Shown here one piece after another: positions 25,453 to 40,015 of a stretch of DNA of 64,000 nucleotides (positions are counted from its first letter, which is position 1; every line of letters begins with the position of its first letter). Location of the stretch: contig OX597824.1 in NCBI GenBank assembly GCA_951406725.2, positions 17,360,001 to 17,424,000 on the forward strand, written 5' to 3'. This DNA comes from Octopus vulgaris (taxonomy: Eukaryota). The notes beneath the pieces were generated by a model that did no database searches, was not told where the DNA came from, and worked only from the letters and a program-made list of their open reading frames with translations. The translations under genes and the position numbers were made by a program.

Positions 25453-28400
25453 ACAGTTGTCAATTGTAAAAGGCATTCATTTTAGCCATCTCACTACAGT
25501 TGTCAATTGTAAAAGGCATTCATTTTAGCCATCTCACTACAGTTGTAAAATGTAAAAGGCATTCAATTTAGCCATCTCACTACAGTTGTCAATTGTAAAA
25601 GGCATTCATTTTAGCCATCTCACTACAGTTGTCAATTGTAAAAGGCATTCATTTTAGCCATCTCACTACAGTTGTAAATTGTAAAAGGCATTCATTTTAG
25701 CCATCTCACTACAGTTGTAAAATGTAAAAGGCATTCAATTTAGCCATCTCACTACAGTTGTCAATTGTAAAAGGCATTCATTTTAGCGATCTCACTACAG
25801 TTGTCAATTGTAAAAGGCATTCATTTTAGCCATCTCACTACAGTTGTCAATTGTAAAAGGCATTCATATTAGCCATCTCACTACAGTTGTCAATTGTAAA
25901 AGGCATTCATTTTAGCCATCTCACTACAGTTGTAAAATGTAAAAGGCATTCAATTTAGCCATCTCACTACAGTTGTCAATTGTAAAAGGCATTCATTTTA
26001 GCCATCTCACTACAGTTGTCAATTGTAAAAGGCATTCATTTTAGCCATCTCACTACAGTTGTAAATTGTAAAAGGCATTCATTTTAGCCATCTCACTACA
26101 GTTGTAAAATGTAAAAGGCATTCAATTTAGCCATCTCACTACAGTTGTCAATTGTAAAAGGCATTCATTTTAGCGATCTCACTACAGTTGTCAATTGTAA
26201 AAGGCATTCATTTTAGCCATCTCACTACAGTTGTCAATTGTAAAAGGCATTCATTTTAGCCATCTCACTACAGTTGTCAATTGTAAAAGGCATTCATTTT
26301 AGCCATCTCACTACAGTTGTAAAATGTAAAAGGCATTCATTTTAGCCATCTCACTACAGTTGTTAATTGTAAAAGGCATTCATTTTAGCCATCTCACTAC
26401 AGTTGTCAATTGTAAAAGGCATTCATTTTAGCCATCTCACTACAGTTGTCAATTGTAAAAGGCCATTCATTTTAGCCATCTCACTACAGTTGCAAAATGT
26501 AAAAGGCATTCAATTTAGCCATCTCACTACAGTTGTCAATTGTAAAAGGCATTCATTTTAGCGATCTCACTACAGTTGTCAATTGTAAAAGGCATTCATT
26601 TTAGCCATCTCACTACAGTTGTAAAATGTAAAAGGCATTCAATTTAGCCATCTCACTACAGTTGTCAATTGTAAAAGGCATTCATTTTAGCCATCTCACT
26701 ACAGTTGTAAAATGTAAAAGGCATTCATTTTAGCCATCTCACTACAGTTGTAAATTGTAAAAGGCATTCATTTTAGCCATCTCACTACAGTTGTCAATTG
26801 TAAAAGGCATTCATTTTAGCCATCTCACTATAGTTGTAAATTGTAAAAGGCATTCATTTTAGCCATCTCACTACAGTTGTAAATTGTAAAAGGCATTCAT
26901 TTTAGCCATCTCACTACAGTTGTAAATAGTAAACGGCATTCATTTTAGCCATCTCACTACAGTTGTAAATTGTAAAAGGCATTCATTTTAGCCATCTCAC
27001 TACAGTTGTAAATTGTAAAAGGCATTCATTTTAGCCATCTCACTACAGTTGTAAATTGTAAAAGGCATTCATTTTAGCCATCTCAATACAGTTGTCAATT
27101 GTAAAAGGCATTCATTTTAGCCATCTCACTACAGTTGTAAATTGTAAAAGGCATTCATTTTAGCCATCTCACTACAGTTGTAAAATGTAAAAGGCATTCA
27201 ATTTAGCCATCTCACTACAGTTGTCAATTGTAAAAGGCATTCATTTTAGCGATCTCACTACAGTTGTCAATTGTAAAAGGCATTCATTTTAGCCATCTCA
27301 CTACAGTTGTCAATTGTAAAAGGCATTCATTTTAGCCATCTCACTACAGTTGTCAATTGTAAAAGGCATTCATTTTAGCCATCTCACTACAGTTGTAAAT
27401 TGTAAAAGGCATTCATTTTAGCCATCTCACTACAGTTGTAAAATGTAAAAGGCATTCAATTTAGCCATCTCACTACAGTTGTCAATTGTAAAAGGCATTC
27501 ATTTTAGCCATCTCACTACAGTTGTCAATTGTAAAAGGCATTCATTTTAGCCATCTCACTACAGTTGTCAATTGTAAAAGGCATTCATTTTAGCCATCTC
27601 ACTACAGTTGTAAAATGTAAAAGGCATTCAATTTAGCCATCTCACTACAGTTGTCAATTGTAAAAGGCATTCATTTTAGCCATCTCACTACAGTTGTCAA
27701 TTGTAAAAGGCATTCATTTTAGCCATCTCACTACAGTTGTAAATTGTAAAAGGCATTCAATTTAGCCATCTCACTACAGTTGTAAAATGTAAAAGGCATT
27801 CAATTTAGCCATCTCACTACAGTTGTCAATTGTAAAAGGCATTCATTTTAGCGATCTCACTACAGTTGTCAATTGTAAAAGGCATTCATTTTAGCCATCT
27901 CACTACAGTTGTCAATTGTAAAAGGCATTCATTTTAGCCATCTCACTACAGTTGTCAATTGTAAAAGGCATTCATTTTAGCCATCTCACTACAGTTGTAA
28001 AATGTAAAAGGCATTCAATTTAGCCATCTCACTACAGTTGTCAATTGTAAAAGGCATTCATTTTAGCCATCTCACTACAGTTGTAAAATGTAAAAGGCAT
28101 TCATTTTAGCCATCTCACTACAGTTGTCAATTGTAAAAGGCATTCATTTTAGCCATCTCACTACAGCTGTCAATTGTAAAAGGCATTCATTTTAGCCATC
28201 TCACTACAGTTGTAAAATGTAAAAGGCATTCAATTTAGCCATCTCACTACAGTTGTCAATTGTAAAAGGCATTCATTTTAGCCATCTCACTACAGTTGTC
28301 AATTGTAAAAGGCATTCATTTTAGCCATCTCACTATAGTTGTAAATTGTAAAAGGCATTCATTTTAGCCATCTCACTACAGTTGTAAATTGTAAAAGGCA

Positions 28401-31400
28401 TTCATTTTAGCCATCTCACTACAGTTGTAAATTGTAAAAGGCATTCATTTTAGCCATCTCACTACAGTTGTCAATTGTAAAAGGCATTCAATTTAGCCAT
28501 CTCACTACAGTTGTCAATTGTAAAAGGCATTCATTTTAGCCATCTCACTACAGTTGTCAATTGTAAAAGGCATTCATTTTAGCCATCTCACTACAGTTGT
28601 AAAATGTAAAAGGCATTCAATTTAGCCATCTCACTACAGTTGTCAATTGTAAAAGGCATTCATTTTAGCCATCTCACTACAGTTGTAAAATGTAAAAGGC
28701 ATTCATTTTAGCCATCTCACTACAGTTGTCAATTGTAAAAGGCATTCATTTTAGCCATCTCACTACAGTTGTCAATTGTAAAAGGCATTCATTTTAGCCA
28801 TCTCACTACAGTTGTAAAATGTAAAAGGCATTCAATTTAGCCATCTCACTACAGTTGTCAATTGTAAAAGGCATTCATTTTAGCCATCTCACTACAGTTG
28901 TCAATTGTAAAAGGCATTCATTTTAGCCATCTCACTACAGTTGTAAATTGTAAAAGGCATTCATTTTAGCCATCTCACTACAGTTGTAAAATGTAAAAGG
29001 CATTCAATTTAGCCATCTCACTACAGTTGTCAATTGTAAAAGGCATTCATTTTAGCGATCTCACTACAGTTGTCAATCGTAAAAGGCATTCATTTTAGCC
29101 ATCTCACTACAGTTGTCAATTGTAAAAGGCATTCATTTTAGCCATCTCACTACAGTTGTCAATTGTAAAAGGCATTCATTTTAGCCATCTCACTACAGTT
29201 GTAAAATGTAAAAGGCATTCAATTTAGCCATCTCACTACAGTTGTCAATTGTAAAAGGCATTCATTTTAGCCATCTCACTACAGTTGTAAAATGTAAAAG
29301 GCATTCATTTTAGCCATCTCACTACAGTTGTCAATTGTAAAAGGCATTCATTTTAGCGATCTCACTACAGTTGTCAATCGTAAAAGGCATTCATTTTAGC
29401 CATCTCACTACAGTTGTCAATTGTAAAAGGCATTCATTTTAGCCATCTCACTACAGTTGTCAATTGTAAAAGGCATTCAATTTAGCCATCTCACTACAGT
29501 TGTAAAATGTAAAAGGCATTCAATTTAGCCATCTCACTACAGTTGTCAATTGTAAAAGGCATTCATTTTAGCCATCTCACTACAGTTGTAAAATGTAAAA
29601 GGCATTCATTTTAGCCATCTCACTACAGTTGTCAATTGTAAAAGGCATTCATTTTAGCCATCTCACTACAGTTGTCAATTGTAAAAGGCATTCATTTTAG
29701 CCATCTCACTACAGTTGTAAATTGTAAAAGGCATTCATTTTAGCCATCTCACTACAGTTGTAAAATGTAAAAGGCATTCAATTTAGCCATCTCACTACAG
29801 TTGTCAATTGTAAAAGGCATTCATTTTAGCGATCTCACTACAGTTGTCAATTGTAAAAGGCATTCATTTTAGCCATCTCACTACAGTTGTCAATTGTAAA
29901 AGGCATTCATATTAGCCATCTCACTACAGTTGTCAATTGTAAAAGGCATTCATTTTAGCCATCTCACTACAGTTGTAAAATGTAAAAGGCATTCAATTTA
30001 GCCATCTCACTACAGTTGTCAATTGTAAAAGGCATTCATTTTAGCCATCTCACTACAGTTGTCAATTGTAAAAGGCATTCATTTTAGCCATCTCACTACA
30101 GTTGTAAATTGTAAAAGGCATTCATTTTAGCCATCTCACTACAGTTGTAAAATGTAAAAGGCATTCAATTTAGCCATCTCACTACAGTTGTCAATTGCAA
30201 AAGGCATTCATTTTAGCGATCTCACTACAGTTGTCAATTGTAAAAGGCATTCATTTTAGCCATCTCACTACAGTTGTCAATTGTAAAAGGCATTCATTTT
30301 AGCCATCTCACTACAGTTGTCAATTGTAAAAGGCATTCATTTTAGCCATCTCACTACAGTTGTAAAATGTAAAAGGCATTCATTTTAGCCATCTCACTAC
30401 AGTTGTTAATTGTAAAAGGCATTCATTTTAGCCATCTCACTACAGTTGTCAATTGTAAAAGGCATTCATTTTAGCCATCTCACTACAGTTGTCAATTGTA
30501 AAAGGCATTCATTTTAGCCATCTCACTACAGTTGCAAAATGTAAAAGGCATTCAATTTAGCCATCTCACTACAGTTGTCAATTGTAAAAGGCATTCATTT
30601 TAGCGATCTCACTACAGTTGTCAATTGTAAAAGGCATTCATTTTAGCCATCTCACTACAGTTGTAAAATGTAAAAGGCATTCAATTTAGCCATCTCACTA
30701 CAGTTGTCAATTGTAAAAGGCATTCATTTTAGCCATCTCACTACAGTTGTAAAATGTAAAAGGCATTCATTTTAGCCATCTCACTACAGTTGTAAATTGT
30801 AAAAGGCATTCATTTTAGCCATCTCACTACAGTTGTCAATTGTAAAAGGTATTCATTTTAGCCATCTCACTATAGTTGTAAATTGTAAAAGGCATTCATT
30901 TTAGCCATCTCACTACAGTTGTAAATTGTAAAAGGCATTCATTTTAGCCATCTCACTACAGTTGTAAATTGTAAACGGCATTCATTTTAGCCATCTCACT
31001 ACAGTTGTAAATTGTAAAAGGCATTCATTTTAGCCATCTCACTACAGTTGTAAATTGTAAAAGGCATTCATTTTAGCCATCTCACTACAGTTGTAAATTG
31101 TAAAAGGCATTCATTTTAGCCATCTCACTACAGTTGTCAATTGTAAAAGGCATTCATTTTAGCCATCTCACTACAGTTGTAAATTGTAAAAGGCATTCAT
31201 TTTAGCCATCTCACTACAGTTGTAAAATGTAAAAGGCATTCAATTTAGCCATCTCACTACAGTTGTCAATTGTAAAAGGCATTCATTTTAGCGATCTCAC
31301 TACAGTTGTCAATTGTAAAAGGCATTCATTTTAGCCATCTCACTACAGTTGTCAATTGTAAAAGGCATTCATTTTAGCCATCTCACTACAGTTGTCAATT

Positions 31401-33985
31401 GTAAAAGGCATTCATTTTAGCCATCTCACTACAGTTGTAAATTGTAAAAGGCATTCATTTTAGCCATCTCACTACAGTTGTAAAATGTAAAAGGCATTCA
31501 ATTTAGCCATCTCACTACAGTTGTCAATTGTAAAAGGCATTCATTTTAGCGATCTCACTACAGTTGTCAATTGTAAAAGGCATTCATTTTAGCCATCTCA
31601 CTACAGTTGTCAATTGTAAAAGGCATTCATTTTAGCCATCTCACTACAGTTGTAAAATGTAAAAGGCATTCAATTTAGCCATCTCACTACAGTTGTCAAT
31701 TGTAAAAGGCATTCATTTTAGCCATCTCACTACAGTTGTCAATTGTAAAAGGCATTCATTTTAGCCATCTCACTACAGTTGTAAATTGTAAAAGGCATTC
31801 AATTTAGCCATCTCACTACAGTTGTAAAATGTAAAAGGCATTCAATTTAGCCATCTCACTACAGTTGTCAATTGTAAAAGGCATTCATTTTAGCGATCTC
31901 ACTACAGTTGTCAATTGTAAAAGGCATTCATTTTAGCCATCTCACTACAGTTGTCAATTGTAAAAGGCATTCATTTTAGCCATCTCACTACAGTTGTCAA
32001 TTGTAAAAGGCATTCATTTTAGCCATCTCACTACAGTTGTAAAATGTAAAAGGCATTCAATTTAGCCATCTCACTACAGTTGTCAATTGTAAAAGGCATT
32101 CATTTTAGCCATCTCACTACAGTTGTAAAATGTAAAAGGCATTCATTTTAGCCATCTCACTACAGTTGTCAATTGTAAAAGGCATTCATTTTAGCCATCT
32201 CACTACAGTTGTCAATTGTAAAAGGCATTCATTTTAGCCATCTCACTACAGTTGTAAAATGTAAAAGGCATTCAATTTAGCCATCTCACTACAGTTGTCA
32301 ATTGTAAAAGGCATTCATTTTAGCCATCTCACTACAGTTGTCAATTGTAAAAGGCATTCATTTTAGCCATCTCACTATAGTTGTAAATTGTAAAAGGCAT
32401 TCATTTTAGCCATCTCACTACAGTTGTAAATTGTAAAAGGCATTCATTTTAGCCATCTCACTACAGTTGTAAATTGTAAACGGCATTCATTTTAGCCATC
32501 TCACTACAGTTGTAAATTGTAAAAGGCATTCATTTTAGCCATCTCACTACAGTTGTAAATTGTAAAAGGCATTCATTTTAGCCATCTCACTACAGTTGTA
32601 AATTGTAAAAGGCATTCATTTTAGCCATCTCACTACAGTTGTCAATTGTAAAAGGCATTCATTTTAGCCATCTCACTACAGTTGTAAATTGTAAAAGGCA
32701 TTCATTTTAGCCATCTCACTACAGTTGTAAAATGTAAAAGGCATTCAATTTAGCCATCTCACTACAGTTGTCAATTGTAAAAGGCATTCATTTTAGCCAT
32801 CTCACTACAGTTGTCAATTGTAAAAGGCATTCATTTTAGCCATCTCACTACAGTTGTAAAATGTAAAAGGCATTCAATTTAGCCATCTCACTACAGTTGT
32901 CAATTGTAAAAGGCATTCATTTTAGCCATCTCACTACAGTTGTAAAATGTAAAAGGCATTCATTTTAGCCATCTCACTACAGTTGTCAATTGTAAAAGGC
33001 ATTCATTTTAGCCATCTCACTACAGTTGTCAATTGTAAAAGGCATTCATTTTAGCCATCTCACTACAGTTGTAAAATGTAAAAGGCATTCAATTTAGCCA
33101 TCTCACTACAGTTGTCAATTGTAAAAGGCATTCATTTTAGCCATCTCACTACAGTTGTCAATTGTAAAAGGCATTCATTTTAGCCATCTCACTACAGTTG
33201 TAAATTGTAAAAGGCATTCATTTTAGCCATCTCACTACAGTTGTAAAATGTAAAAGGCATTCAATTTAGCCATCTCACTACAGTTGTCAATTGTAAAAGG
33301 CATTCATTTTAGCGATCTCACTACAGTTGTCAATCGTAAAAGGCATTCATTTTAGCCATCTCACTACAGTTGTCAATTGTAAAAGGCATTCATTTTAGCC
33401 ATCTCACTACAGTTGTCAATTGTAAAAGGCATTCATTTTAGCCATCTCACTACAGTTGTAAAATGTAAAAGGCATTCAATTTAGCCATCTCACTACAGTT
33501 GTCAATTGTAAAAGGCATTCATTTTAGCCATCTCACTACAGTTGTAAAATGTAAAAGGCATTCATTTTAGCCATCTCACTACAGTTGTAAATTGTAAAAG
33601 GCATTCATTTTAGCCATCTCACTACAGTTGTCAATTGTAAAAGGCATTCATTTTAGCCATCTCACTACAGTTGTAAATTGTAAAAGGCATTCATTTTAGC
33701 CATCTCACTACAGTTGTAAATTGTAAAAGGCATTCATTTTAGCCATCTCACTACAGTTGTAAATTGTAAACGGCATTCATTTTAGCCATCTCACTACAGT
33801 TGTAAATTGTAAAAGGCATTCATTTTAGCCATCTCACTACAGTTGTAAATTGTAAAAGGCATTCATTTTAGCCATCTCACTACAGTTGTAAATTGTAAAA
33901 GGCATTCATTTTAGCCATCTCACTACAGTTGTAAATTGTAAAAGGCATTCATTTTAGCCATCTCACTACAGTTGTAAAATGTAAA
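25453..33985. repeat. 43-bp tandem satellite, about 198 units
   Basis: Unit ACAGTTGTCAATTGTAAAAGGCATTCATTTTAGCCATCTCACT, highly homogeneous, no spacers. Confidence 0.98.
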
Positions 33986-34450
33986 CCATAGCCGTCACCA
34001 CTACTGCATGAACCTGAAGATTTCATAATTAAATGCATGAAAGAACGAGTTTAATCAGAATGTACATGCGTTTATGGTTACCTATATTGTTTGTACGCGT
34101 GTTTACATGTGTGTTACTATCGTATATATATATATTAAAGTGAGTATGTATTTTGTGTGCGTTCGAAGGTTGGTTTTTATGCATAAAGCTTAGATGTATC
34201 TTTTACTTATTTTTCTTTTTCTTTCATCCTCCTCCTCCTTATCGGGAGACACTTTAGTGAATGCCGTTATCTTCTCTCACTTTTTCTATCTTTATTTCTC
34301 ACTCTTTCTCTCTCTCCTCCATTCTCCCACTTATTTTTCTTCCAGCGACCACCTTATTTTTTAATTCTGATTTATTTCTAAAGTCTAGCAATAAAGCTGC
34401 TTCTTCACAACATACGCTCGAAGACGTATGATGTGTATATATATATATAT

Positions 34451-34732
34451 ATGCTTATAATAAGGGATGGCCACAAAGTGGACATACAATATGTTAGAAG
34501 ATCACCTACGATCTAACTACAAAGAAAAGAACGATAATTAAGTAAGTAAAATCGTTAATGACGAAACCGGTCTACAATTAATTCTTTATTTTCGTATATT
34601 TTCATCTGTCTTACCCGCTTATATTCTGGTGTTTGCTGAATTTCTCTTGAGAACATTCTTTTCTTTGTAGTTAGGTGATCTTCTTCTAGCATATTGGATG
34701 TCCACTTAGTGGTCATTCCTTATTATACGCAT
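34451..34732. repeat. Foldback element with arms of about 65 bp
   Basis: ATAATAAGGGATGGCCACAAAGTGGACAT..AGAAGATCACCTA versus TAGGTGATCTTCT..ATGTCCACTTAGTGGTCATTCCTTATTAT; GAAACCGGTC in the loop. Confidence 0.75.
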
Positions 34733-34838
34733 GTATTAAAACTTTTCTGAATTTTCAGATTTTTCTGTATGCTAGGCTACTGGTTTTAAATTGATATTAA
34801 TTAAATTAATATTCAATTTATCACCCCCAGTATTTAAA

Positions 34839-35235
34839 TCTTTATATATAAAAGTAAGGTTGTGTGTCTGTCTCCTACGATTTAGATTCCTAACTACTCC
34901 CACATTTTGCGGTGCAGTTTAACCAAAACCGGGTATCTTATAGTCGTGATTCATATCGAGCCATTCTGGGTATTAGCGCGCGTCTACGATGAGTCTACGA
35001 TTAAAAAAAAAATTACCATCATTTTTTTCCATTTTAATGCAATTTTTTCGCTATTATATAAGGGAAGTAACTCTCTAAAAATGTCTACGATGAGTCAACG
35101 ATTTTAAAAAAAATTTACCATCATTTTTTTTCATTTTTAATGCATTTTTTTGCTATTTTTTGGCTATAACTCTCTAAAGATGCTTATATAGTTATTTCCC
35201 TTACAAACCCGAGCATCACCGGGCGATACTGCTAG
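34839..35235 (+). mobile_element. Non-autonomous Helitron
   Basis: A|TC...CTAG|T with subterminal hairpin. Confidence 0.88.
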
Positions 35236-35298
<63 letters not shown>

Positions 35299-35861
35299 AT
35301 GTATATATATATATATATATATATATACCTATATATATAAGTATATATATTCATTATCTATGTTTTGCCTGTGTATGCTTGTAAATATGCATGCATGCAT
35401 ATATTAGCGCTTGTATGTTTAATGTACACATGTACTATTATGGTTTTAGTGTGTTTTTTAGGCCTTTTTATTTATCTAAGTGAATATTATCAGCAACAGA
35501 CTTACATTTATTTTTAATTAAACTTATTTTAACATTAATTAATTTATTCTGGTTATATATGTATTTCCTTCTAAGTACAGTTGTTTTTAAGGTTTTCTTC
35601 TATTTCACATAATATGATTTTATATCATTGATTAGATAAAGAATAGTATAGTTGAAAGGACCAATGAAAAGAAACCAATTTCTTATGTGTATCTGTCAAT
35701 GTAAATTGTATATTTTATATATACAAACTTTATTTTGTTCAACACTCTATCTAAACTCTCCGACGAACGGGAACGTGAAACTCTTTTGTGATACGTTTTG
35801 TAAAAGTCTTTGAGATGCGTTTGAGATAGTTTTGCCGCTTTGATAATAATAAGGTGTGTGC

Positions 35862-35920
<59 letters not shown>

Positions 35921-36512
35921 TATATATATAAATATATATATATAAATATATTTTTGCATGTCTGTATCTATATGAGTGTGTGTCTGTGTGTGTTTATGTA
36001 TGTGTGTAGTATGCATAAGAAAAAGAGATGACACAGAAAAGATGTTGGTTTTGTTATGACATTTTTTACTTTTTCTACTTACAGTTCTAATTGCCTTTTG
36101 GATATACACTTCTATTTATATACATCAGTAATGACTCTCTCGCTGGTAATGGCTTCTCAGTATATTGCACAAATATCATACATACATATATACAAACATA
36201 CAGACAGACACACGCATGCGCAAACACAGGCACACGTTTATGTATGCATATGCTTATAAAGATTAGACGCAATTCACGAACAAACCTGACGGCTATTCTC
36301 ATGCTATCAAGTAATTTGAGAATTTAACGTGATAAATTGAATACCAGTAGGGACAAAAATCCGCGGCACCATCAGAGGAATACAGGTATCGAGTGAAAAT
36401 TTCAGTAAGAGGCTGTATACATGTGGCACAAATAACAATTCGGGGTGATCTTGATTATAGACAAAATTCGCATATCAAATGAAACGTTATATAAGTTTGT
36501 GCATGTATACGC

Positions 36513-36637
<125 letters not shown>

Positions 36638-36659
36638 CGTATGTATGCATGTATGTTTA

Positions 36660-36855
36660 GTTAATCTAAACATGAAAACACAAAGAGAAAACACAACAAC
36701 GCGAGGACGTGGAACAAGTATAGTGTTATTGGACGCTCAGGAAAGGAAATAAAGAAGGAGGATTTAACGTTTCGAGCAGATCTCTTTGTCAGAAACATAG
36801 GAAAAGGAAAGATCCATGGAAGAGAAGACGGAGGAAAAAAATCGCCAACGATATT
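36660..36855 (-). mobile_element. Family E: solo pLTR-like repeat with a hammerhead-like core
   Basis: Copies at 48345, 62281 and 43377 (partial), related copy at 42600; all adjoin (TA)n. Confidence 0.7.
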
Positions 36856-36873
36856 ATACACACACACATTTAC

Positions 36874-36940
<67 letters not shown>

Positions 36941-36945
<5 letters not shown>

Positions 36946-37262
36946 TAAAAAAAGAAGACGGAATGTGCCAACGAAAAAAAAATTGATATTAACACATCAT
37001 TTGTTTCTTCTTCAAGATGCACTGCTCCCTTCTGGGCGTGGAACGATGCAATAGCACCAGATGCAACGCACGAAGCATAGAAGACACCTCAGTTGGGATA
37101 ATCAGATTTTAAACTGGGAGATTTGCATTTGTGTTTCGCTATATTGGGAGATTTTAGCAGTTAGACAGAGGTACAGACAAACAGACGCGCACATTCATAC
37201 GTTTAAATCAATGCAAAACGTTTTTTTTTGTTGGTACATTCCGTCTTCTTTTTTTATCTTTA
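36941..37262. repeat. Foldback element with arms of about 50 bp
   Basis: AAAGATAAAAAAAGAAGACGGAATGTGCCAAC versus GTTGGTACATTCCGTCTTCTTTTTTTATCTTT. Confidence 0.8.
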
Positions 37263-37282
37263 ATATATACCCGAAGACCGAT

Positions 37283-37667
37283 GAGGCGCAATGGCCCAGT
37301 GGTTAGGGCAGCGGACTCGCGGTCAGAGGATCGCGGTTTCGATTCCCAGACCGGGCGTTGTGAGTGTTTATTGAGCGAAAACACCTAAAGCTCCACGAGC
37401 CTCCGGCAGATGATGGTGGTGATCCCCGCTGTACTCTTTCACCACAACTTTCTCTCACTCTTACTTCCTGTTTCTGTTGTACCCGTATTTCAAAGGGTCG
37501 GCCTTGTCATTCTCTATGTCACGCTGAATATCCCCGAGAACTACGTTAAGGGTACACGTGTCTGTGGAGTGCTCAGCCACTCACACGTTAATTTCACGAG
37601 CAGGCTGTTCCGTTGATTCGGATCAACCGGAACCCTCGTCGTCGTAACCGACGGAGTGCTTCCATCC
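37283..37667 (+). mobile_element. SINE C, full length, with TSD
   Basis: A box TGGCCCAGTGG, B box GTTTCGATTCC, (TCCA)2 tail; TSD ATACCCGAAGACC at 37267-37279 and 37668-37680. Confidence 0.92.
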
Positions 37668-37903
37668 ATACCCGAAGACCATGAAGGAATTCCTGGGATT
37701 ATTACGACGATGTTTACTAAGCTTCATCGATGAGGCCTGGCAGCCATAGCTGGTGAACGTCCTCCGCGGACGCACGACCTGGGACTCATTCTGTAATAAG
37801 GTTTCGATACTGCGTTTTACATGTATTGTCTTAACGTTAATTATTCAACCTTAACTCACACACGCGCGCGCGCACACACAGACAAACACACACACAGACA
37901 CAC

Positions 37904-37934
<31 letters not shown>

Positions 37935-38154
37935 CATATATTAAAACAATACATTCAGAAGAGATACCCAAGAATTCATTCAAAACAGTCCTAATCACCA
38001 TTATCATCCAAAACGAGTCACTTTTAGGTCACTTGACCATTTAACATCCTGCTACTATCATACCACTCCCACATTCTTTTATTATTCTATCTCTTCTCTT
38101 CTCTTCCGCCTCCCTCTTCTTCGTTTTCTTCTTCTTCTCCTCTGCCACCCTCTT

Positions 38155-38385
38155 TTCAAGATACATAAACTTGTACACATATTAACACGCACATAAATAT
38201 AAAATCATTTCTCTTTGATTGCTCTCCCCCACCACAGCCTCTTTCTCACACTTTGTTTATCTGTCTCTCTCTCTCTCTTGCTTTCTCTGTCTCTTTCCGC
38301 CATATAGATATTCGTTGGTGCACGCGTATATTTCTACAGATGAACATCTGAATATGTATAAGACTTCGATTATGTATCCATCACA
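38155..38385 (+). repeat. Dispersed repeat with an inverted copy at 43513-43795
   Basis: CATATAGATATTCGTTGGTGCACG..TTTCTACAGATGAACATCTGAATATGTATAAGACTTCG is shared. Confidence 0.8.
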
Positions 38386-38888
38386 GACAAGAAATCATAA
38401 CTACCTCGGTCCCACACTGTAAAGAAGATGGAGTCAGAAACAGGCAGAAAAAAAGAAAAATGCATCCAGTGTTTCAATACTATGGAAATATTTTTTTAAA
38501 AAGCTTTTCAATGAATTTTTCCACAATTTTATTGTTTTCCATAGAAAAAAGTCCAAATGACTGAAACAGGTACTAAAATGTTTTTCATGATAGAATTATT
38601 TAAGCATTTTCTACATTGAAAATTGAAAATTTTCCTGATATATATATGAATATAACTGTGATGAAATTTCTAAACATTTAATGGCTCGCTACGCGTGTTT
38701 CCACGAGACATGTGTCTCTTAGGATCCAAGTCCGTATTCCTGGAATGATTACATTTTAGTCCCCAGTATCCGTTCATCAGTCAGCATCACTAGACTGTGG
38801 CTGTCAAAATGGGACAAGGGCTTTATTAGCTTTTTCCGTAAGCATATTTAGAAGATATATATATGTGCGTGCGTATATATATATATAT

Positions 38889-38955
<67 letters not shown>

Positions 38956-39493
38956 TGTATATATATCAGAATGATGTAGACGCCTGTGGTGAGAACCCAA
39001 TAAGGTTCAAAAATCAAATAAGGTTGTTCAACTATTTTTCAGTCTGCAAAGAAAGGGCAAAAATTTGCCCTGTTTATGATTATACTATATATATATATAT
39101 ATATATATATATGAGCATACAAAAACATGCGTGCTGTATATGTGTGTATATATATATGTGTGTGTGTATAGATATATATGAACGTGTGTATCTCTCTATC
39201 TCTCTCTATATATATCTATATATATATATCTATATATATATAGGTTTTGTGTGTGAGTCGCTTTGTACGTGAATATGTATTGACTCTCATAGGAGCTTAA
39301 ATATAAATGAATATACGTTTTAAGACATAATTGTGTATATTCATATGAACATAAACCCCCTCAAATGCACGCATACATATACTATAGAAACTTAGAAGCT
39401 CACAAACATTTACGTACACATATCTCCAAAATTATGAGCATGTATGTGAATAAGTTATCACTATGTTTGTGAATATATATATAAATGAGTGTG

Positions 39494-39525
<32 letters not shown>

Positions 39526-39537
39526 ATAGATAGATCG

Positions 39538-39592
<55 letters not shown>

Positions 39593-39746
39593 GAGAGAGA
39601 GAGAAGAGAGTTAGAGAGGGAGAAAAAACTGATAAAAAGATATTCACGTAGATTGACAGACAGGCAATTAAATAGATTGATTGGTAGATAGATAGATAGA
39701 TAAATAGATAGATAGATGTGGGTACCTAAATATATATATATATACA

Positions 39747-39786
<40 letters not shown>

Positions 39787-39908
39787 GAGTGTATGCGTGT
39801 TTGTGTGTGTGTACAGATATATAGGTTTAAATATATATTAAGGCATATGCATGTATGGAGTGTATGATCGCGAGTTTTTGTTTACATATATACATATATA
39901 TATATACG

Positions 39909-39945
<37 letters not shown>

Positions 39946-39982
39946 ATGTATATATGTATGTAAGTATGTATGTATGCATATG

Positions 39983-40015
<33 letters not shown>

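Noticed and set aside
25453-33985. CRISPR-like array
   Set aside because: Units are head-to-tail with no unique spacers, there are no cas genes, and the context is eukaryotic; it is a satellite
25453-33985. Repeat-encoded protein
   Set aside because: The 43-bp unit shifts frame each copy and contains stops; the ORF track shows nothing here
37283-37355. Functional tRNA gene
   Set aside because: It is the tRNA-derived head of a multicopy SINE with a TSD; no proper acceptor stem
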